Part shown: positions 18,726 through 32,000 of the stretch, piece by piece
Layout: each line of letters starts with the position of its first letter
Position numbering within the stretch: position 1 is the stretch's first letter
Source of the DNA: Candidatus Heimdallarchaeota archaeon
GTDB lineage: Archaea > Asgardarchaeota > Heimdallarchaeia > Heimdallarchaeales > Heimdallarchaeaceae
Reading direction: 5' to 3'
Assembly (NCBI GenBank): GCA_030668875.1
Contig: DAOVER010000010.1
Span: 30,001-62,000, forward strand
DNA: 32,000 nt
The notes under the pieces: model-generated
What the model saw: the letters and a program-made list of their open reading frames with translations, nothing else
What the model was told of the DNA's origin: nothing
The model's database searches: none
Position numbers and translations under genes: made by a program

Positions 18726-18950
18726 ATGTGTCTTGCAATTCCCGGTCTAGTTTGTGAGCTTGTTAATGAGAAAAGAGTGATTGTTGACATTACAGGAGTA
18801 AGAAGAGAAGCAGATACATCTCTTTTGGAAGAATCACTAGAGGTTGGAGATTATGTTCTTGTACATACTGGTTTTATAATTTCCAAATTAGATTCTGAAC
18901 AAGCAAAAGAAGATTTGAAACTTTGGGATGAGATACTAAGCAATCAGTAG
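18726..18950 (+). CDS. hypC: Hydrogenase assembly chaperone HypC
   Basis: MCLAIPG with the required Cys2 fixes the start at 18726; VGDYVLVHTGFII. Confidence 0.95.
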   Translation: MCLAIPGLVCELVNEKRVIVDITGVRREADTSLLEESLEVGDYVLVHTGFIISKLDSEQAKEDLKLWDEILSNQ

Positions 18951-19020
18951 AGATTTTCATTTCTTTATTTTCAAAAACTTCCGATAAGTTAAATAAATTC
19001 ACAATTATTATTTATATCAT

Positions 19021-19707
19021 ATGAGTTTCAAAGAAAAAGACGCGAATGCTCAAATTTTGAGAAATTTTGTAGATTTTTCCACTAAGTCTAATCAGTATTT
19101 TACAACTCATTTGTCTAGCACTATCTCAGATATATTTGATTTAGATGAATGTTCTGGTGAAGCTCTGAGTAAAGTAGATGCCCAAAAAGGTGTTCTACTA
19201 CTAAAGAGAAAATTCAAAATGTTAAGCAATCTAGATATTGCCCATATCCTTATTCTAGTAGCAAGAGGATTCAAATTCAGACTAGTAACTGAAAGAGTTT
19301 TTCTATGTGAAGAAAGGGCAATTTTTCCCAATATTGAACACATTCCACCTCTAAAACCAAAACTTTCCGATGATTATGATATTAAGAGCGCTATTCTTAA
19401 TGCAATTCTAGAAGGGTTGGAAAAAGAAGATGAGGAACTGGAACAAGAAATCATCAAATCAATACCTGAGTTATTAGAAAAAGCATCAGGAGTTCGCTAT
19501 ACTGGTAGATTTCTTTCTATAAATGAGTGGTTACATCAAAAGGAACAAGAAGGTAACTGGATATCTGAAGAAATTTTCCGTTTTGGTGAAAACAACATGA
19601 CACCATGGATATTGGGGAATATTCTTATTCTACAAGCAAGAGGATGGTATCTACAGGAAATTCCAGAGAAGTTTAAAGGGAGCGATTTTGTCCTCATAAA
19701 GAAGTAG
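19021..19707 (+). CDS. Hypothetical protein with an internal duplicated motif
   Basis: 228-aa ORF; no family recognised; AHILILVARGF and GNILILQARGW repeat. Confidence 0.6.
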   Translation: MSFKEKDANAQILRNFVDFSTKSNQYFTTHLSSTISDIFDLDECSGEALSKVDAQKGVLLLKRKFKMLSNLDIAHILILVARGFKFRLVTERVFLCEERAIFPNIEHIPPLKPKLSDDYDIKSAILNAILEGLEKEDEELEQEIIKSIPELLEKASGVRYTGRFLSINEWLHQKEQEGNWISEEIFRFGENNMTPWILGNILILQARGWYLQEIPEKFKGSDFVLIKK

Positions 19708-19840
19708 TTAAAGTTTTGTTCCAATGAACTTTTTTTTATTCAACCAAGCTTTTCTTTGTTAATAAATTATTCATCTTACAAGCATAACCTTTTTTTATTA
19801 CTTCAAAATGATTTACCTAAACATAATAAGAGGACTTCTT

Positions 19841-20362
19841 ATGAGTAATGAACTCAAAGAGCTAGAGGACATATTGAAAATTACATTTTCAAAGGATCTT
19901 GTAAAGGAAGTAAAAAAGGTTGAGGAAGGACATTTTGACATTCTAACAACCCCCGATAAGGCTTACGATCTTATGAAGATTCTTACAGAAGAGGCTGGAA
20001 TTTATCACCTTTCAACAGTCACAGCTGTTGAAAGAGAAAAAGAATTCAACGTCTTTTATCACATCCAACATAGGATAGAAGAAGAATTCAGGGAAGTACC
20101 CATCAATTTCATAGTAACGGGAATCAACAAAGATAAACCAAAAACACCAAGTTTGTTAGATTTCTTTGTAGCTGCTGATTATTATGAGCGCGAGTGTTAC
20201 GATTTCTTTGGAATTTATTTCGAGAATCATCCATTCATGCAAAGATTGATACTTCCAGAAAAATGGCCAGATGATGTTAGACCAATGCTAAAAGAATATG
20301 GTTGGGAAGAACTAAAAGAGATAACTCTTGGCATTGCAAAACAAATTTCGGAGAATGATTAA
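19841..20362 (+). CDS. Group 4 hydrogenase NuoC-like subunit (EchD/MbhK-like)
   Basis: HLSTVTAVE, PSLLDFFVAADYYERECYDFFGIYFENHP...RLILPEKWP...PMLK; GAGGA RBS favours ATG 19841. Confidence 0.88.
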   Translation: MSNELKELEDILKITFSKDLVKEVKKVEEGHFDILTTPDKAYDLMKILTEEAGIYHLSTVTAVEREKEFNVFYHIQHRIEEEFREVPINFIVTGINKDKPKTPSLLDFFVAADYYERECYDFFGIYFENHPFMQRLILPEKWPDDVRPMLKEYGWEELKEITLGIAKQISEND

Positions 20363-20363
20363 A

Positions 20364-21623
20364 ATGGTTGAAGAAACTTTTAGATCAAGATTTAGAACTG
20401 AAGTTGATGGTAGTGATGCTCCTCCTGGAGCAGATTATCACATGTTTATTGGACCGCAACATCCATGGTGTGAAGAACCTGCACATTTTATAATTCATCT
20501 AAAAGGTGAAAGGGTTGTTGAAGCTAATATTCGAATAGGGTTCAACTTTAGAGGTATGGAAAAAGCTATGGAAGCAAGAACATGGCGTCAAAATACCATG
20601 TTAATCCCAAGAGCTTGTGGTATCTGCAGTGCTGTGCATCAAAATATATATGTTAGAGTTGTAGAAAGGTTAGCAGGAATCGAGGATCAAATATCCGAAA
20701 GAGCTAGATTGATAAGAATGTTCAGTTGTGAAGCTGAAAGAATTCACTCACACATGTTGTGGTATGGAATACTTGCTCATGATGCGGGATTTGACACAAT
20801 GCTACATATATCTTGGAGAGACAGAGAAATCATCATGGACATAGTAGAAGATCTTAGTGGAAACAGAGTAAATCCTGCACTAATGCTTCCTGGTGGTGTG
20901 AAAAGAGATATTCCCAAAGAGAAAGCAGATAGAACAAGACCTAAAATAAATGATCTAATTAAGAAAGTAGAATATCACAAGAAAGTCTTTGTTGAGGAAG
21001 CATCAATTCGAAACCGTTTAGAAGACGTTGGAGTCTTAACAAAAGATGATGCAAAGAAAACAACTCCAAATGGTCCAACTGGTAGAGCTTCAGGATTACC
21101 TTTTGATGTCAGAAAAGCGTCTCCATATGAATTATATGACCAACTAGATTGGAATCTTGTTTACTACACCGAAGGAGATATCTTAGCAACAACTCTTGTA
21201 AGACTTGACGAGACATTAGAATCATTACGTATGTGTAATCAGATTTTAGATAAACTTGAAACTGCAGAGGGTGAATTGTTGGCAAGAGTAAGACCAAGAA
21301 TTCCTGCAGGTGAATATTTTGGGCGCGGTGAAGCTCCAAGAGGAGAAGATGTTCACTATGGTATAGCAAACGGAACTGATAAACCTGAAAGGTATAAAAT
21401 CAGAGCTCCTTCCTTAGGAAACATCGATGCAACTCTAAAAAGAATGGACGGCGAATATATCGCCGATATGCCTGTAGTACTACGTAGTTATGATCCATGC
21501 TTTTCCTGTACAAACAGAGTTATGATAGTTAATGACACTACAGGTGAGAAACTGATCATTGGTCAAGACGAATTTGCACATAAAGCTATCAAAGCAAAGA
21601 AGTATAATCGTCCATTTTTCTGA
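20364..21623 (+). CDS. Group 4 [NiFe]-hydrogenase large subunit (EchE/HycE/MbhL-like)
   Basis: GPQHP..EEP, RGMEK, L1 RACGICSAVH, L2 DPCFSCTNR plus 34-aa extension; start 20364 (GGAG spacing) or 20355. Confidence 0.92.
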   Translation: MVEETFRSRFRTEVDGSDAPPGADYHMFIGPQHPWCEEPAHFIIHLKGERVVEANIRIGFNFRGMEKAMEARTWRQNTMLIPRACGICSAVHQNIYVRVVERLAGIEDQISERARLIRMFSCEAERIHSHMLWYGILAHDAGFDTMLHISWRDREIIMDIVEDLSGNRVNPALMLPGGVKRDIPKEKADRTRPKINDLIKKVEYHKKVFVEEASIRNRLEDVGVLTKDDAKKTTPNGPTGRASGLPFDVRKASPYELYDQLDWNLVYYTEGDILATTLVRLDETLESLRMCNQILDKLETAEGELLARVRPRIPAGEYFGRGEAPRGEDVHYGIANGTDKPERYKIRAPSLGNIDATLKRMDGEYIADMPVVLRSYDPCFSCTNRVMIVNDTTGEKLIIGQDEFAHKAIKAKKYNRPFF

Positions 21624-21634
21624 GGTGAAATGAA

Positions 21635-22105
21635 ATGAAAAAAATATTAGTAATGACTGGAGAAGTACTGAAAAATCAAGCGAAAGGACCTGTAACAAAA
21701 CATGTTCTCAAAAGGTTGGAAGAAAATCCAGCTCCTGAAGATATCAGAACAATCCCAATAATAATTGAAGATAGATGTATCCTTTGTGGAACATGTGTCG
21801 CTGTTTGCCCAACTCACTGTTTAGAGATGGAAAAAGACGACAAGGATAATGGAATGATCATTATGCATACACCCCAATGTATGTGGTGTGGACACTGTCA
21901 AACTTACTGTCCTAAAGATGCCATTCATATCGATAGAAATCCTGCAACATCAGTCCTATTCTCCTATAATGTACGACAAGATTATTCCATTTTAACAGCA
22001 AAAGGCAGCTTCAAAGGCGAGAAAGCAGACAAGAAAATAGAAGAAAAGGTTGCTAAAGGCGGTAAAAAGCTTGAAGAGCTTGAAAAGTTTAGGAGTGGAA
22101 AATAA
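21635..22105 (+). CDS. 2[4Fe-4S] ferredoxin subunit (NuoI/EchF/MbhN-like)
   Basis: CILCGTCVAVCP and CMWCGHCQTYCP. Confidence 0.88.
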   Translation: MKKILVMTGEVLKNQAKGPVTKHVLKRLEENPAPEDIRTIPIIIEDRCILCGTCVAVCPTHCLEMEKDDKDNGMIIMHTPQCMWCGHCQTYCPKDAIHIDRNPATSVLFSYNVRQDYSILTAKGSFKGEKADKKIEEKVAKGGKKLEELEKFRSGK

Positions 22106-22581
22106 TGGGTTGGTTAAAGAAATTCGGAGTTAATTGTGCCGTAAAATCTCCTTGGATAATTCACATGAATGCAGGTGGATGTAACGGTTGTGATATCGAG
22201 ATTGTTGATGCTTTGACACCAAGGCATGATCTTGAACAATATGGTATAACCCTAAGAGGTACTCCACGCCAAGCAGATGTTTTAGTTATAACTGGTGGTG
22301 TAACACTGCAAGTTGCTGAAAGAGTTAAGCGTATTTATGAACAAATGCCCTTACCGAAATTTGTTGTAGCTGTTGGTAATTGTAGTACTTCAGGTGGAGT
22401 ATTCCAAGAATGTCCATGGGTTCTAGGTGGTTTGGATTATATCATACCTGTAGACGCTTATGTATATGGATGCCCCCCCAGACCAGAAAATATTGTCGCA
22501 GCTATTGCAACTCTTTTAGGCAAACTTAAAGACGATTTAATTGGTGTAGAGAAAAAGGAAATTGAAGTTGAACAAGAGTAG
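22105..22581 (+). CDS. Group 4 hydrogenase small subunit (NuoB/EchC/MbhJ-like)
   Basis: GGCNGCDIE, PRQADVL, VGNCSTSGGVF, YGCPPRPE. Confidence 0.93.
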   Translation: MGWLKKFGVNCAVKSPWIIHMNAGGCNGCDIEIVDALTPRHDLEQYGITLRGTPRQADVLVITGGVTLQVAERVKRIYEQMPLPKFVVAVGNCSTSGGVFQECPWVLGGLDYIIPVDAYVYGCPPRPENIVAAIATLLGKLKDDLIGVEKKEIEVEQE

Positions 22582-22586
22582 AAACT

Positions 22587-23837
22587 TCACGACTTTTCTT
22601 TCTTATTTTTTATTTTTATTGTTAAAAACTTGTTTTTAGATTCTTTGTCATTGTTACTGAGAAAGTTGTGAAAGAAGTTGATGTAGAAAACTGCAGATAA
22701 AATCAAGATTGTTGTTGCAATGAATATTGGTTCTATTACTGAACTTACTTCATTTGTAAGAAGAATAGGGGAGAAAGTTAGTGTCGATACTGAACGCGAT
22801 AATGAAACATAGAATCCTAGAGCGCCTAAAGCTATTCCTCGTTGATTTGGCTTTGATTCTATTGTTGTTCCTGTATTTACGCCAATATAACTTGTCAGAC
22901 TACTTGCGCTGAACAAAATATAGATGACTATCAACCAAGGTAGAGTATCCACGATTACCATAAACACAAGCATTGTTGATGAAAATATCAAAGTTACAAA
23001 AATGGGAATTTTGTAGCTAAATTTGTCAACTAATTTTCCGAAAAATGGTTTGAAGAAAATCAAAACACCTGAGCTGATCCAGAATATTGTACTTACCGAG
23101 TCATCAGAAAAACCCTTAGAAACTACTAAGAATGGGAAAAATGCTGTGATTATATATTCCAAGAATCCAATACACAATTGCAGAAGATAGATGATACGTA
23201 GTTTTTTCTCTTTTGATATTTTAGTTAAATTTCTAAATGTTTCAGTAAAAGCTTTTCCAAGAGATTTCATCTTAGAACCTACTTCCAATCTATCTTCTTT
23301 CTGTAGCACCTCTGGGAGAAAAAATGACATGAAAATAACACCAATAAGCGAGATTCCAGCACCCCAACCAAACAAAACTTGTAACTCTACGTGAAATGTT
23401 TTAAGCAAGAGTACCGCCAATAAAGAACCCAATATTGTACCAATGTCAGTTCCTTGAAATACTCGACCTTGAAGTTGTCCAATGTTTTCCTTCTCTATAT
23501 CACCGATATATGCAAAGAGAACAGGCCAAAAGCAAGACATTCCAATTGCAAGAAATGTGATAGCTACTAATACAATAATCCAATGATAGGCTAAAGACAT
23601 GAAGAAAAGACTGATTGTGTAACAGCTTATTCCGACTATTAACAAAGGTTTACGCCCCACTATTTGGGAGAATTGTCCAAGAGGTACTCTCAAGAAAATT
23701 TGATAGATATTTCGAAATGCTAAAATCAGAGCAATTAACCAGGCTGCAGTATGTATATCTTCTAGATGAAGACCTACATACGACATAAAAATAACTAGGG
23801 GAAAAACACCAATGATTCCGAGAATAACTAAGGACAA
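22587..23837 (-). CDS. Major facilitator superfamily transporter
   Basis: About 12 TM helices, motif-A-like GQFSQIVGRK and GKLVDKFSYK; TTG start uncertain. Confidence 0.85.
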   Translation of the reverse strand: MSLVILGIIGVFPLVIFMSYVGLHLEDIHTAAWLIALILAFRNIYQIFLRVPLGQFSQIVGRKPLLIVGISCYTISLFFMSLAYHWIIVLVAITFLAIGMSCFWPVLFAYIGDIEKENIGQLQGRVFQGTDIGTILGSLLAVLLLKTFHVELQVLFGWGAGISLIGVIFMSFFLPEVLQKEDRLEVGSKMKSLGKAFTETFRNLTKISKEKKLRIIYLLQLCIGFLEYIITAFFPFLVVSKGFSDDSVSTIFWISSGVLIFFKPFFGKLVDKFSYKIPIFVTLIFSSTMLVFMVIVDTLPWLIVIYILFSASSLTSYIGVNTGTTIESKPNQRGIALGALGFYVSLSRSVSTLTFSPILLTNEVSSVIEPIFIATTILILSAVFYINFFHNFLSNNDKESKNKFLTIKIKNKKEKS

Positions 23838-24062
23838 ACGTCGACGATCATTTAAGTAAAGAGTGTTTACTAAATATCTCTTAACTTTTAAGAAGAATAT
23901 TTCATCTTGTTTCAGTTGTTTCGGTCCCCTTCTTGTTTTGAAGTTAAATTTGCAATATAAAAGTAATGGATACTGTGTAACACAGTTTACGGGGAAAATA
24001 ATCGTGTTTCCTTTTCCGTAATTTTAAAATAGACACGCGCCATATTCTATTTAGTGTAGCTT

Positions 24063-24650
24063 ATGTATAATCAACCTCAATCAGCTGTTCCACCCGACAA
24101 GATTATTCAACAAATGATAGTTCAAGCAATACAAGCATTTTACATTCAAGATTATGATACTGGTCTGTATTTCTTAAATCAAATCAAAACTAATCTACCT
24201 CGATATTTGTATCAGATTAGTCCTTCTAATAAGAAATTATGTAAAGAAATCGTAAAATTATTACAAGATGGAAGCCTAGTCCCAGATCGAACTTCACAAA
24301 CAGATCAAGAAACCGCAGCCACCTCTCACCCAGGTTTATCAGGAATTACATCAGGATTTGATCAACAAGACGCAAGTTCAGCAGATCCTGAACCAATTCA
24401 AGAGCCAACATTTGCTCAATCTGTTGAACCAGAAGTGCAACCTCAATCTTTTGCTGCACCTGAAGAAACAGCACAACCTGCACCTTCTTTTCAACCAATA
24501 GAAGAGGAGGAAGCACCAAAAGGTACAGTTCCAACAGAATTCATATCTGAACTTTCTTCTGCCGTTGCTACTGTCAAGGATAAGAAGAAGAAAAAAGTAA
24601 CTGAAAAACTTACAGGATCAATGGATGAATTAGAGGATTTTGATTTTTAA
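24063..24650 (+). CDS. Hypothetical protein: helical N-domain, Pro/Gln/Glu-rich linker, basic-acidic C-terminus
   Basis: 195-aa ORF with coding-like composition and an upstream TATAAAAG (23956-23963). Confidence 0.65.
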   Translation: MYNQPQSAVPPDKIIQQMIVQAIQAFYIQDYDTGLYFLNQIKTNLPRYLYQISPSNKKLCKEIVKLLQDGSLVPDRTSQTDQETAATSHPGLSGITSGFDQQDASSADPEPIQEPTFAQSVEPEVQPQSFAAPEETAQPAPSFQPIEEEEAPKGTVPTEFISELSSAVATVKDKKKKKVTEKLTGSMDELEDFDF

Positions 24651-24666
24651 TATTTTTCTTTTTCTT

Positions 24667-25053
24667 TTAATCGTCAATTCTGTCTGGAATCAATCTCCAA
24701 TCTCTTTTTACAAGTAAATCTACAGATTTTTCAACGTGTTTAATGGTTGTTTTTAATCTTTCTTTTAGAATATCTTGAGCAGTTGAAGAATAAATGTGCC
24801 TCATTCCACCATTTGGAAGCATTTCAATTTCCTTTGTAATTAATGCTTGTCTAATAAGTCTCTGAACCAACCTAACGGCCGTTGAACGATCTCTTTCTAC
24901 AAAATCTGCTATTTCCTTTATTGTTTTTTTTTGTTTTAGTGCGTAAAAGTAGATTTTCACATGTAATGGCTTTAAACCAAATAGACATTCGAAAATATCA
25001 CATTTTCCACCTTCGTTTATGACTTCTGGAAGATTAATTAAACAACGATGCAT
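24667..25053 (-). CDS. Archaeal winged-HTH transcriptional regulator (TrmB-like, COG3355 type)
   Basis: CLFGLKPLHVKIYF, TIKEIADFVERDRSTAVRLVQRL, GGMRHIY. Confidence 0.8.
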   Translation of the reverse strand: MHRCLINLPEVINEGGKCDIFECLFGLKPLHVKIYFYALKQKKTIKEIADFVERDRSTAVRLVQRLIRQALITKEIEMLPNGGMRHIYSSTAQDILKERLKTTIKHVEKSVDLLVKRDWRLIPDRIDD

Positions 25054-25166
25054 CTCGAGTGTGTGTAAAATATGCGCACATAAGAATGTTTTGCTTCTAC
25101 GAATTTGTAGTATAGAACAATTTAAAAGAGAGTGTGCGACAAAGGCACACAGCGTAAGTGTTTATT

Positions 25167-25595
25167 ATGGATAAAGAGTTAGAGCGCATAAAAAAAGATA
25201 AAATGGCACAATTAATGAAAAGAGATATACCAACTGTTGGAAACTTCCCACACAGAGGAATAACAGAGCTGGATGACAAAACCTTCGGTGATTTTGTTAA
25301 ACAACAAGGCATAGTTGTAATTGATTGTTGGGCAGTATGGTGTGGTCCTTGTCGAACTATGGAACCAGTTATGGAACAATTAGCAGAAGAATATGCTGGT
25401 AAGGTTACTATTGGAAAATTAAACGTAGATCAAAACCAACAAACATCTATGCGATATGGAATTTCATCAATACCAAATTTCCTAGTCTTTCAAAATGGAG
25501 AATATCTAGGTAATGTTGTAGGAGCAGTTGGAAAGAAACCATTTCAGAAACTTTTCAAAAAGATACTTTCAGGAGAACTTGATAAGAGAGAATGA
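25167..25595 (+). CDS. trxA: Thioredoxin
   Basis: WCGPC, GKLNVDQN, YGISSIP; N-terminal DKELERIK extension; ATG 25167. Confidence 0.95.
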   Translation: MDKELERIKKDKMAQLMKRDIPTVGNFPHRGITELDDKTFGDFVKQQGIVVIDCWAVWCGPCRTMEPVMEQLAEEYAGKVTIGKLNVDQNQQTSMRYGISSIPNFLVFQNGEYLGNVVGAVGKKPFQKLFKKILSGELDKRE

Positions 25596-25600
25596 TATTC

Positions 25601-32000
<6,400 letters not shown>

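Noticed and set aside
20364-22581. Calling the cluster complex I (nuoBCDI)
   Set aside because: The large subunit keeps both CxxC Ni-Fe ligand pairs and a C-terminal extension, which NuoD lacks

Overview
AT-rich archaeal chromosomal window. Hjc, pelota, a full Alu+S-domain SRP RNA and BRE/TATA promoters mark it as archaeal. DNA gyrase, Ca-binding DxDxDG surface proteins and a group 4 hydrogenase suggest an Asgard/Heimdallarchaeia-like lineage (inference, not tested). Left to right: the end of a GltD/NfnB-like oxidoreductase, rimI, an IS607-type tnpA with no tnpB, hjc, pelota, a radical SAM protein, a site-2 protease, a tRNA 2-thiolase and rubrerythrin. Next come a membrane protein/PadR pair with a palindromic operator, an SRP RNA gene whose promoter and 5' end are duplicated, an alpha/beta hydrolase, and a divergent subtilase/beta-propeller surface-protein pair. 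These are followed by hydrogenase maturation genes (HycI-like protease, hypD, hypC), a four-gene group 4 [NiFe]-hydrogenase module with no adjacent membrane arm, an MFS transporter, an HTH regulator and thioredoxin. The window ends with gyrB (partial) and gyrA. Most notable: GyrA carries two endonuclease-containing inteins that bracket the catalytic segment, one lacking the block B His; both gyrase subunits have non-canonical quinolone-pocket motifs; a start-less membrane-anchor reading frame follows the HycI stop codon in frame; and the SRP promoter is duplicated.
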